Source: the human T2T-CHM13v2.0 reference genome, Homo sapiens
DNA: 64,000 bases
Assembly: GCF_009914755.1 (NCBI RefSeq)
Contig: NC_060928.1
Reading direction: 5' to 3' (one strand)
Position numbers and translations under genes: made by a program. Under the pieces are notes generated by a model. It did not search any database and had not been told where the DNA came from. It worked only from the letters and a program-made list of their open reading frames with translations. Within the stretch, counting starts at the first letter, position 1, and the number at the start of each line of letters is the position of its first letter. Shown here piece by piece: positions 28,179 to 45,855 of the stretch.

Positions 28179-30254
28179 GTCCTAGGGCTTCCCCCACACC
28201 TGCGTCACCTGCAGTGAATGGTGGTGCATGGCCCAGAACTGACAAGCTTGACTTATAGCTGCTGGGAGCATTACTGGCTGTGGACCACAGCTGGGCCTGT
28301 CCTCTGGAATTGCCCTTGAAGGATGTTTCCTCCACCAAGGCTACCCAGCCCTCCCCAAGAACAAACTGCATCCAATGGCTGACTGATGTGGGGGCATAAA
28401 GTTCTGTTCCCCCACCTCCAAATTATCCCACTCTGATGGGCCATCCCAGCTCCAGAGCTCCCTGTGGGCTCAACTGAGACCTCTGTTGTGCTGAGGGTTG
28501 CTCACCTTTTCCCTCTGCTGAATCCTGGTCCCATCTCTTCCCCTGCAGGCACTGATCTGAGCTCATTCTCCAATCAGCTTCCTGCCCACATCTCCATCTC
28601 AGGGTCTCTTTTCTGGGGAACTCAACCTAAGACACATCTATGGGCCCATGATTCCAAATCTTCATGTCCATCCATACATCTGACAAAAATTATTTACTTG
28701 GCCAAACATTAGTCAGCCCATTGAAACTTCTCCTAGGCCCATCTGTGTACTTCCCTGTAAAATACAGCTTTAGCAAAGGACGCTCCTAGGCCATTTTAGC
28801 AAGAACCCCTTTCTGCAGCACATCTATCTACTCATCCTTTACATTATAGCATTCCCTCCCGTGGATGACTTCTCTATCTGGTACCAATTTCCATTAAAGC
28901 ACTTGTTATTCTGCATAGCAATGTGCTTTTTATGGGTGTGTTTCCCTATAGACGGAGCTCCTGAAGGGCCACCCATTGCCTTGTTCCTTTATTTATCTGC
29001 CCAGTGCCAGGTAAAAGGCAGGTGTTTAGTAAATGCCTGTTTACTGAATGCATGTTGGGGAGGATGAATGACAGCACAGATAAGAGATGCTCCAGCTAGA
29101 TACAGAAATCCCTGAAACGACAGACACTCCTGCTCTTAAAATACTTTTTATAAAAATGCTAAAACTGTCCTATATGTTGTCCTATTAGAGGGCTGATGTT
29201 TTATAGTATTATAAATAATATTTTCCCACAAAGTATTATTATAATTTCTAGTCCATATAAGAGAAAATGTAGACCTGTAAAGGTCAGGTAACTCATGCCA
29301 AGGCACATGAGAAATTAGGGGGTCTGGCAGAACAAGAGCCTGGCTCTTCTGATCCCTGCACGGGGCTCTTTCCTTGACATTATTCCTCAGATCTGCAGTT
29401 CTTGGAGCAAAGCACTGCTGCCTTGCCACCTTCCCTTCCCTCATGGTGGCAGCTGCTAGCTGAATAGGGAATTTATATGCAGATTCTATCAGGCTGAACC
29501 TGTCACACTCCTCTATGGCAGGTCCTATACAGAACTCATCAGTGATCACTCAAGCTCAACTCCAATAGCTCATGCTATTACAAAAACATCAAGATAGTGA
29601 AGCCTGCACTCACATTCCATAGGGTTGCTTTGTTACATCTTTGAATGCTTCCTGCTTGTTTAGCAGTGGGGCCTCACAGGGAAATAGTGACAGCCAGCAA
29701 ATGTTCATGGAGCTTCTTTGACCTTACCGTCCCTCCCAACAACCGCCTCCTGGGAAGGACCCTGCTGGCCACAGCTTTACTGAATCCTGGGGTGGGGAGC
29801 ATGTGGCTGGTCGTGTTTGCCTTACCAACCTTACCTGTTGGGCATGAGGGTCAATGTCACCCTCTCCACACCTGACCCCACAGAGTACAAGCCAGCTAGT
29901 AAGATGGCTCAATTCATTGCAGCAAATATGTTGTTCTAGAATTGCTATTTTTGGTGCGCATTCATGCTCTGATTCTATTTCAACACTAACAATAACAGGT
30001 ATCTCAAGAACATGGGCTTTTGTGATTACCTCTCATTTTTCTCTGTTGGAAATAATAATGAGATGAACTTCCAAGGCTACAACACTCACCACATAAAAAG
30101 TGGTTCTGAGAATTGGATGTGAGAGAAGCACCCACATAGAGCCCCCCCATGGGTCATCTTTCAAGAAATGCTCCTTCCCCTATTCCTAAAACATTTTCTA
30201 TTTTTCAAAGGGTTTGGATGTCCTCTGCCTTGCTTGGTTCTCAAGCAATCTTAT

Positions 30255-31070
30255 GGGAAAAAATGCTCAATATCACTAATCATCAGAGAAATGGAAATCA
30301 AAACCGCAATGAGATATCATCTCACCCCTGTCAAAATGGCTATTATTAAATGACAAAAAATAACAGATGCTGGCAAGGATGCAGAGAAAAAGGAAAACTT
30401 AAACACTGTTCATAGGAACGTAAACTAGTATAGCTGTGAAAGAAAACAGTATGGAGATTTCTCAAAAAACTAAAAATACAATTAATATTCAATCCAGCAA
30501 TCTCACCTCTGGGTACTACTCAAAGGAAAAGAAATTCATACGTCAAAGGGATACCTGTACTCACATGTTTATTGCAGTACTATTCACAATAGTAAAGATA
30601 TGGAATCAACCTAAGTGTCCATCAATGGATGAATAAAGAAAATTTGGTATATATACATCATGGAATACTATTCAGCCATTAAAAAGAATGAAATCATGTC
30701 ATTTACAGCAACGTGGATGGAATTGGGGGGCATTAACTAAAGTGAGATAAGCCAGGCACAAAAAGACAAATATTGCATGTTCTCTCTCACTTATATGTGG
30801 AAGCTAAAAAATTTGATCATATGGATGTGGAGAGTGTAAAGATAGATAACAGAGACAGAGAAGGGTGGTGGGGTGAGATAAAGAGAAGCACGCTGAAGGG
30901 TATAAAAAGGAATAAATCCAATGTTTGATAGCAGGGTAGGATAACTAAAGTTAACAAAAATGTATTTTATTCAGGTGATGGATCCCTTAAATATCCCGAC
31001 TCAATCACCACACAAATATGTGTAACAAAATTTCACACATACCCCATAAATTTGTACAGATAATAAAGAA
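30255..31070 (+). mobile_element. L1 (L1MA/L1PB-age) 3' fragment
   Basis: Decayed ORF2 C-terminus ([24 protein letters not shown]; [11 protein letters not shown]) followed by 3'UTR. Confidence 0.9.
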
Positions 31071-31721
31071 TTATAATTGCCATATCCCACTTAGGAAGGC
31101 TTGAGGAGTAAATGTCAAAATGTCAATATGGAATCAGAAAAGTTTATTTAAAAAAAAAACAGTAATCATCTTTAGGAATTTGGCTTTTTGAGAACCGTCC
31201 TTTCTGTCTAAAGGAAATGTACTTCTTTCTAGAAGAATAAGCTAATAAAGATGTGAGAAGTCAAAGTTTATAAATGTTCCTCATTATTCTCAATGGAAAA
31301 AGGTGGTATGAAAGTTTTTGATATGGAATCTTTAAAAAGCTTGAAAAGTAAAATTGTCTGAAAAGGACAGTAAATTTACAAAAGATTCATTTAATGTTTG
31401 GATGAATGGTTGCAGAATTAGAGTAGGTATCAAAGCAGTGGGGTTAAGCTGACTGCCTGGAAGGCAGAGGCTAAAGCACTGTGGCTTCCATGTGCCACGG
31501 CTCAGCTCATAAGACTCCCAATGCCACAGAAGCCAAGAAAGAGAGTGCCCTCTGGAGTTGGCCCACCTCTGAGGTTGGGTCCTGAACCCTGGTCCTGCCA
31601 CTTACTGATTGTGAGATAACAGATAAACCACTTCACCCCTCTACTCCTCAGTTTGCTCATCCGTAAAGTTTAGTCCACAGAGGAGGACCTCACATGCAGT
31701 AGGGGCTTTATAAGTGCTTGA

Positions 31722-32367
31722 CATAATTAGAATATATGTCCCTGCCAAATATCATGTTGAATTATAATCACCGATGTTGGAGGTGGGGCTTGGTGGAAGG
31801 TGTTTGGGTTATGGGGTTGGATCCCTCATGGCTTAGTGTTGTCCTCATGATGGTGAATGAGTTCTCCCAAGATTTGGTTGTTTAAAATTTGTGGCACCTT
31901 CCCCAGCCTTACTTCTGCTTTTGCCAGGTGATGTGCCTGCTCCTGGAGGCCTCCCCAGAAGCTGAGCAGGTGCCAGTGCCATGCATGTACAGTCTGCAGA
32001 ACCATGAGCCAATTAAACCTCTTTTCTTTATAAATTACCCTGTCTCAGATCTGTCTTTTTTTTTTTTTTTAAAGACAGGATCTCATTCAGTCTCCCAGGC
32101 TGTAGTGCAGTGACGCAATCTCAGCTCACTGCAGCCCCAACCTCCTAGGCTCCTCCCACCTTAGCCTCCCGGTAGCTAGGACTACAGGCATGCACCACCA
32201 AGGCCAGCTAATTTCTGTATTTTTTGTAGAGATGGGATTTCACCATGTTGCCCAGGCTGGTCTCAAACCCCTGGGTTCAAGCGATCTGCCTGCCACAGCT
32301 TCCCAGAATGCTGGGATTACCGGCGTGAGTCAGGTGTTTACAGCCATGCAAGAATGGCCAAATACAA
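31722..32367 (+). mobile_element. MST-type MaLR LTR interrupted by a minus-strand AluJ (about 32056-32330)
   Basis: tcatgttgaattataatc ... ggatccctcatggc ... gagccaattaaacctcttttctttataaattacc [Alu] ... gcaagaatggccaaataca. Confidence 0.8.
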
Positions 32368-33129
32368 TGTTTGATAAATAATAGAAATAACAATGTCAGA
32401 GCTGTTTTGGAAGAGATTTCTGCATTCCAGAAGCGGTCGGGTCATTTTCTGCTATGGTCAATTTCTATTCACAGATTCTGTGATCTGAATGTCCTATAAC
32501 TCTAACAAGCTGTAATTCTTGCATTGTAAGATGCTTTGCAAAAGTCCTAGAATCACACACTTGTGATTTTAATGTTCTATATCCAAGTTTCTCTGATTCA
32601 CAAATTCTGTGACTTTAATTCTTCAGATCCTAAAAGTCTTTTAGGAGGTTCGGTTCGCATCTTGGTCATTCCTGACTGGAAACTGGGCAAAGTGGGGCAA
32701 GCTTAGCTTGTGCTGTTTTCCAAATACCCACTGAACCGCTATGCCTCTTGGCCATGGGTAGGAGGTAGAGAACCAAAGCCCAGAGAGTCAGTGCTTCTCC
32801 TGAGGTAACATCGTTGGGCAGTGACGAGAGGTCCCACACTGTATCATCTGCCTGTCTCAAATCTCAGCCACATGCTGTTGCTTAAAGAGCTGGAGCCACT
32901 GAGGGCCAGGTGGGCCCAGATGTGGGCACTGGTGCCTTGCCCATCTGAGTTTGAGTCCTCTCCTCACTGCACTGCCTGCTCCCTTGGTCATTTTGGACCT
33001 CAAATTTAAATTTAACCTCTATGAGCCTCACTTTCCTTATCAATAAAATAGAGATAATAAAACCTGCATTACTGGTTGTGCTGGGGATTCAATAGATTAC
33101 ATGCAAAGTGCTCAGCCTAATGCCCAGTT

Positions 33130-33748
<619 letters not shown>

Positions 33749-34265
33749 AATGCCCAGTTCTTAGTAACACTCACTCAACAGCTGTCACTGTTACCATTTC
33801 ACACAGCCCAAAGGGCCTGGCCGCAGACATGGGGCTCCCCACTGGAAGACTTGTCTGAAACTATATTTGTTTGGACCTAGATTGGGCAGGAAGGGGCAAC
33901 CCTTGCTCCCCACTCCTCTGGGCTACATAAAGAAGTCTTTGCCTACACACTACTGACCTCCTGCTCTGCCCTAACTTCACGATGGAGTTACTTATGGGGT
34001 TACTGGGTGACAGCCATTGGTCTATACTGGCAGGTGGCTGGCATGTGGAGCCATACATGCAGGGGGTGAGACCTTTTTCTCCCTCTTCCTCTGGATCTGG
34101 GTGTGGTAGCGGCCTTGGGTGAGTGGGTGTCTACAGACTCTACAGACCCAAATGTTCCCTTGGGTAGAGGGTGCAAGGCCCAGACAAGACCTGCTTCCTG
34201 CTCACCTAGCCAGGACCTACCATGACCCCTGATGAGTAAAAGAGGTAGTGTCTGACCCCTGCCTC

Positions 34266-34943
34266 TGTTATAGTGGGTAGTCAGGCATTCTCCACCAGGA
34301 ATGTCAGGTGGCCATCAGGTGATGGTCAGGCAGTTGTTAAACTGTCTCTCTAAAATAATAATTGGTCACAGCTGGCAATTATTGGGAAAGGCAGTCTCCC
34401 AATAGAAAAAAACCTAAAACTGGTGATCAGAAGCTTCCCGACAAGATCTCAGGAGTTGGGCGAGTGGGCTCAAGCATATGCACGAAGAGGCAAAATGGCA
34501 GAGTTTACCTGGTATATGGCCTTCCTCTGGGAACTTTTGACTGGTGAGGGAAAAACGCCTCAAGTCAGCATGTGCACAACGTCAGTAAACACACCGCGTG
34601 TGCGGCCCCTCCTAAGTGCTGGCAGGCCACTGTGCATGCAAACAGCCCAATCCAAGGGGAAGAATCAGGGAGAGGAGACGCAACCCCCTGGAAGCATAAC
34701 ATACAAAACTCCAAGTCAAAGTTCAAACCGTGCACTTGATCTCTCAAGTCGCTCCCTTGGTGCTCTCCAAGTGTACTTTACTTCCTTTCATTCCTGCTGT
34801 AACGCTTTTTAATAAGCTTTCACTCCTGCTCTAACTCTTGCCTCAGTCTCTCCCTCTGCCTTATGCCCCTCGTCAAATTTTTTCTTCTGAGGAGGCAAGA
34901 ATTGAGGTTGCTGCAGACCTGTATGGATTTGCTGCCGCGGACA
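34266..34943 (+). mobile_element. MER50 solo LTR (ERV1)
   Basis: TGTTA...ACA termini, 4-bp TSD CCTC. Internal ccatcaggtgatggtcaggc.gttgttaaactgtctctctaaaataataattggtc and gatctcaggagttgggcgagtgggctcaagc match MER50 as I recall it. Confidence 0.85.
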
Positions 34944-35053
34944 CCTCTGTCTCTCAAAGATTCCAGATTTGGGTCAGTATTAACCTTTTGAGCCCCACTG
35001 GACATTCTCTAGGGATTCTTATTCAGAAAGTCTGAGGTAGGGCTCAAGCATCT

Positions 35054-35363
<310 letters not shown>

Positions 35364-35391
35364 AGCATCTGGATTTTTAAAAAGTATCATC

Positions 35392-35786
<395 letters not shown>

Positions 35787-36599
35787 TCACATAGAGGCTG
35801 GGTGCTATTTGAGTCTCAGTCTCCCATTTATAATATGAATGTCTCAGGCTTTCCTTAAAGGGTTTTCTAGGGCTAGCATTTCAAATTGTGATAATTCTAA
35901 AATTTATTTATTTGAAGTTTCCTGGGTGCCTTTTGTGTATTGGGTACCGAAAAATTTTTTTTAAAACTTCTTGATAAACAAGGCAGATTGTCCATGCCGA
36001 TTTATCTTATCCATTCCTTAAACGTGGCAGTACAGACATTTCAAAGGTATTAACCACAAGGACATGGGAATGCAAGAAATGGCAATGGTGAGCAAGAGGT
36101 TTTTAGCCCAGTTTTAGAAGATGGAATAGCAAAGTGGAGGAAGTGGCACTTGGAGCCTCTGTGGGGGCACTGAAGGGAAGTGAAGACATTTGCCCCAAAG
36201 ACCCCTGGTGGCTCAGCATGGAGGACCCACCAAAGACAGGGTGAGGGTGGGAATGAAAACAGAGTTTTGGTGGCAGGCCTTTAGCCCCATGCCCTTTATC
36301 CACTTCTTGATGGGAACCAGAAGATGGGGTTCATTCTCACAATCAATGGAACCACCGTCATTCCAGGCTTGGACATACCAGATACAGCAGCAAAACAGGA
36401 GGCCAAAAACATGAAAATAAATCTCAGAGCCCTCAGTAATCAGCAGTGAATCTTTTCCCAGAATAGGCATCTCCCATTCTTTGGAGGAGAACCCAAACCT
36501 CCAAAGAGAAAAGGCATTCACACACTGACTTGTGGGGCCTCCCAGTACAAATCCTGCTCACGCTGTCATCACTCTTGAGTGAAGCCTTGTCCCTCACCC

Positions 36600-38880
<2,281 letters not shown>

Positions 38881-40438
38881 AAGACAAAGATTAGTTGAAA
38901 TATGAATACTTTTCCTTTGGGGTTCCCTTTCTGGAGTTTCAAGTGCCCCTTTGAGATTTGTTTTTGGTAGTGAATCCCTGGTCTACACTCTCAGGCTCCA
39001 TTTGCTGTGACTGAGCTGCACAACCAGACTGTATCCTGGGCCTAAGAAACGTGGATGTTCTGGCTTTCGGGGAGGGGCTGAGTCACATTCAGGGTCCGAC
39101 TTGACTGCTAGATGAATTTGGTGGTAGGCAGGGAGATAATTTATTTCCAAGCATTGTCCCACTTCAACACCACGCCCTTCTGGGCAGGAACCAGGGCTAA
39201 CTGGGTTATATTCTCCCCCAGTGTTTAAAGCATGGAAAGGAATCATTATCAGTGGGCATTACTTGGAAAAGCCGCAAGTCAAGGAAGTTATACAGGAGAG
39301 GAGCCTTATTGTTCCAAATATTAGAATTTGAAATCTGCCAGAAGCAACATCTGTCTCATCCAGTTATTGAAGTGCAGCATTTGAATTTACATCTCTCCAG
39401 GGCCTTGAGCCTACCCAAGTCACTCAGGCTCCGCTAAAACTGCACAGACTGGCACTAAAGATGCAAAATAGGCCTTTCTGCCTGGAAAATAAGTTCCCCT
39501 TCACCAGCCCCAGGTATCACCCTCTATACAAGTAAGTTAATACAAAATGCTGCCTAACTCTCCCCATCAAATACCTAAGTTGGTGGACAATATTAATGAT
39601 GCCTACTCTATGCTGGGCAGTGCCAGGGAAGAAAGGGGAATATGAACAGGAGTGGCCCAGCCCCTTAAGGGTTTACAGTGAAGGTGAAGTCAGAGGGAAG
39701 CAAGAAGACACAGCTCCTCCCCATGTACCCCTATCTGATCAAAGGCACCCACAGCATGTGAAAATTCAACAGAGGAAGAGATAGCTTTTGTCAGGAGCCA
39801 AAGCTCACGTGGCATTCAGCATCTCTTCTCATTTCCATTTTCAGAAGGGCTGTGAAAATGCTATTTCTTTTTTGTTGTTGTTGTTTGAATTAGGCTTTTC
39901 TTGAAGGCTGAGTGACATGGATTGAGAGGGGTGATGAGAGAGGTGATTCCAGGCCCAGGGAGTGGCATGAGGATTATGGGATGATAGTCAGCAGAAGGGA
40001 AATGGGGGCAGTTGAATGGCACTAGAGGATAGAATGGGTTAAAATTGGAGACTGAACCCAAATTCGGGAGCCTTCAAGGCTAGACTGAGGGATTAGGGCT
40101 TCATTTGGTGGACACAGGATCTGTTGTTTGACTGGATGGCTCCCATTTGCAGAAACGGTACAAAGTCCTTTACATATAGTGTCTCTTTTAATCATTGCAT
40201 TAACTCCATGGAGTATGTATTAATATTATTGTCCTCATTTTACAGAATCAGAAACTAAGCCTCAGAGAAGTGAAGTAACTTGTTCAAGTCATACAGCTAG
40301 AAAGCAGCAGAGGTAGAATTCAAACCTTTAACTTCCTAACTCCCAAGTCAGAGCAATTTCCGTCATGCTATGCCCCTTCCCACAGAGAGGCTTGGAGTGA
40401 CCCAGCCAAAGCACAGTGCTAGAAAGATGTTTGGGCAG

Positions 40439-41924
<1,486 letters not shown>

Positions 41925-42234
41925 AAGATGTTTGGGCAGGTGTTACTGAAACTGCAGATGTGTGCAGAGGCAGGGAGTGGATGAGTGTGGCCCCAGCTGA
42001 CCATCCACCTCATCACTTGTTGTCACCTCTGGCACTCTTATTAAATCACTCTCAGTTTCTAAATGTGCAGAGCTCCCTCTTGTTCTTTTTTTGTTTTTGC
42101 ACTGGCTATTCCCTGTGCCTGGAATGGTGTTTTTCTTCCCTTCATTTGGCTAATTGTCCTCCAGACCCCAAGGTGGATGCCACCTTCTCCAGAAAGCTTT
42201 CCGTGGCCCTCTCTCGCTGCATTAGGGCCATTAG

Positions 42235-42535
42235 GAAAGAGGTCTAACAGACTTCCACAGTTTAACATGGCTGGGAAGATCTCACAATCATGGCCAAAGG
42301 CAAAGAAGGAGCAAAGTCACATGTTGCAATGGTGGCAGGCAAGAGAGAGCATGTACAGGGGATCTCCCATTTCTAAAACCATCAGATCTCATGAGGCTTA
42401 TTCACTACCATGAGAACAGTATAGGGGAAAGCACCACCATGATTCAATTATCTCCAACTGGCCCTGCCCTTGACACATGGGGATTATTACAATGCAAGGT
42501 GAGATTTGGGTAGGGATAAAGCCAAGCCATTTCAG
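42235..42535 (-). mobile_element. THE1/MST MaLR LTR fragment
   Basis: ctcacaatcatggc ... aaaaccatcagatctcatgag ... gtgagatttgggtaggga. Confidence 0.8.
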
Positions 42536-42676
42536 GACCATTAAAAAATTCACTAATCAGGGTGTTCTTCATAATTCCAAGGTCAAGGGAAATGTGTACC
42601 TTCCCTCCACATTGAGGGGGTAGCTCAATGCTACAGACCCCACGGTCAGCTCTACGTTGATACAAAGATGAGAACT

Positions 42677-42689
42677 TGGACTTTGGTCC
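42677..42689. promoter_or_regulatory. Candidate HNF4A site TGGACTTTGGTCC
   Basis: Reverse complement GGACCAAAGTCCA contains the HNF4-specific CAAAGTCCA core; motif match only. Confidence 0.35.
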
Positions 42690-45527
42690 CAGGGAAAGGT
42701 GGACACGCGGATGACCACCTGACCACTATGTAGAACAAAGCAAGTCTGTGAGAGAGGAGTACTGTTTGTGGGAGGCAGAGATGGGGACAGCTGATTCTAG
42801 TGGCTGGCAGGAGAGAGGGCCTCTCAAGAGGCCCCTGCTCGCTGGGTTTTGCAGGATGACAACAGTCAGGGAATGTAGAAAAAGGAGGTTGGGAGGAAGA
42901 AACAGCAAAGGCAGAGGCTGGGAGGTGGGACCCGCATTGTGGGATCCTGGAATGGGATGTGGAGTCACAGTGGGATCCTCTACCTTTTGTGTGTGCAAGA
43001 ATCACACCCAGCGAGTCTGATAAACAATGAAGATTCTTGGGGAACCACCTGCTTCAAGATTCAGATCTTGAGGTCTGGAATGGGGCTGAGAAGTCTCATT
43101 TAACAAACACCCAACACGCTTGTTAATTCCAATGTGCTGTCTATTGGGCTTAGCTGCTCTGTGAGGTGGAGGGGTGGATGGGTGGAGATAAAGAGCCTGG
43201 AGCCAGGTCATACGGACCTGGCACGTCACCATCCTGGGAGGTCTAAACCCTGCAGAGGGAAATCAGGGAGTCAACACTGAATATCGAGGGGGAGACATTC
43301 GAGAATTCTTACAAAAGAGTTGCTGAATGTTTATTAAAGCCAATTTTGTATGCACCCGGGTATACAAAAGAGTCTGAAATTATACATGTCGTGTAGGTTT
43401 CAGAATCTTGGTTCAACAGGGATTGGCCAGGGCAGGGATGAGAATTTGCATTTCTAACAAGTGCCTTCCCAGCTGGTGCCAGTTCTGCTGGTCCTGGGAA
43501 CACGTTTTGAGAACTCTGGTTGTTATTTAAAGGAGTTCAGGCATTAACCTGTGAGGGACTCCGAAGTGGCAGGAAGAATGCAAAGGTGACAACCTCTAAT
43601 CTTCTTTTCTCCTATTTCCCTTCAAAGGAAATTCATCATGCAATGGCCTTCAACCCATCTGAACATTTTCTCTGGCTACAGAAAATGCCTGGGTCGTGCC
43701 CCGAAATGAATCTTCTTTTCAAAGAGAAACGGTAGGATTTACAGGTCAGTGGAGGATAAGGACGATGTTGCTGGGTGGCTGGGGCTTAAAATCACTTTAA
43801 AATAGATGAGTATATTTCTTCTAATATTCTTGATAAAAATCAAAAGTTCTTCTCTTCCTGGACTTGAATGAAGTCCAGAGAGTTCTAAGTCAAAAAGTTC
43901 ACAGAAAACAAGTGCTTTCAAACACTTAGGGTCTGGATGAGAAAAATATGAGGCTGCAAAGGACTGTTTTGCTCAAATTCCTATATCAGACTCTAACCTT
44001 TGGGGACAGCCCTCTTGCCTCTCCATCAACAAGTCAGGACGTTGGTCCTACCACAGAGAAATTATGGGCTGCAAAACCAGGAAGCTCAAGTCCCACTGCC
44101 TCCCTGCTGCAGACATTCGGAGTAATTATCACCCCGCTCTGAGACTGAGCTTTTCACCTGTAAAATAGAAATTCCATAACATCTTTTCTAAGTACTGCCA
44201 CATGACATAAATGACGCGATGACTGACATCAATTTGGCACCAGTTCCAGGCACTGTTCCAAGTGCTGAACATGTATTCTCTTTCTTAAGCCTTACAAAAT
44301 CCCCACGAAAGAGGTCCCATTATTAATGCTATTGCTTAGGTAACAAATTAGGCTCGGAGAGGTTAGCAACTTGCCCAAAGTCCCACAGCAAGTGTGTGTG
44401 TGAGAGGTGTGGGGAGCTGTGATGCAGATCCAGGCAGTCGGGCACGAGGGCCCAGGTGCCCACTACACAGCCCTGCAGAGGCTGTTTTGGGCCTTTCCCT
44501 TTGAAGCTCATTTCTCTCTAATAGAATCACACATTATCACCCTTTTTTAATCTCATGGGAAATTTTTCTGTATTTTACGGATTAACCATAATTATTGTGA
44601 TATAATAAAAATCACTCGTAATTTTGGATCTGTTTTTTACCATTATAAAATGGTAAGTGCTAAGAAAGAGCTGCCATCCTTAAGCAAACATGGAATATTA
44701 ACAAAAGATGATCACAAACTGACCACAGAATAAACTATCATATGTTCCCCAAAGAAGAAACTTATGGATGACCTTTCTTTATGTAATAAAACAAAACTGG
44801 TAATGAATGAGGATAACAAAATCCCATCTACAAAATCCCAAAATCCCAATTGAAAACATTGTTCTAAATAATTAATCTGTATTCATTTGTGTGTTGTTTA
44901 TGGTATCTGTTTTTACATTTGATTCTTAAAATCATTTCAGTTATTTTTTAAATGGTGTAAATTTATATAGTTGTATGCTAACAAATTTGAAAGTTTCGAT
45001 GACATAAGTGACTTTATTGAAAAGACAGAAATTAATGACATCAACTCAAAAGAAAATAAAAATAGATTTTTACGAAAGTAGTTAAAAGATATTCAAAGCA
45101 TTTTTTTCCCCAAAAGACTCCAGGGTGAGATGGTTTTACTAGTGAGGTCTTTTAATACTTTGATTATCAACTAACGAAATGTGAGAAATTACATTTCTGT
45201 CTCTGCTGTGGTTACTTGTTACAGCATCAACAGGAAACAAATATAGATATAAGAAATTCTCATCTATTATTTTTGCCTATCAAATACCAAAGCCTCATTT
45301 AAATGCTTGTGGATGACATGGGCAGAGTGAGACTAATGCCCTTGTGCCCTGCCAGCGGGAATGGAAATTGAAGCAGACTATCCGAAAAAAAATTGCTCAT
45401 ATGTACAAAAGCCTTAAAAAAATTTACACTCTTTAACCTGTTATTTCTATTTCTGAAACACTAAACTACATGAATAATTACAGATTTGAATAATGATTAA
45501 TGTAGAAGATTATTCATCTGAAGTTTA

Positions 45528-45855
<328 letters not shown>

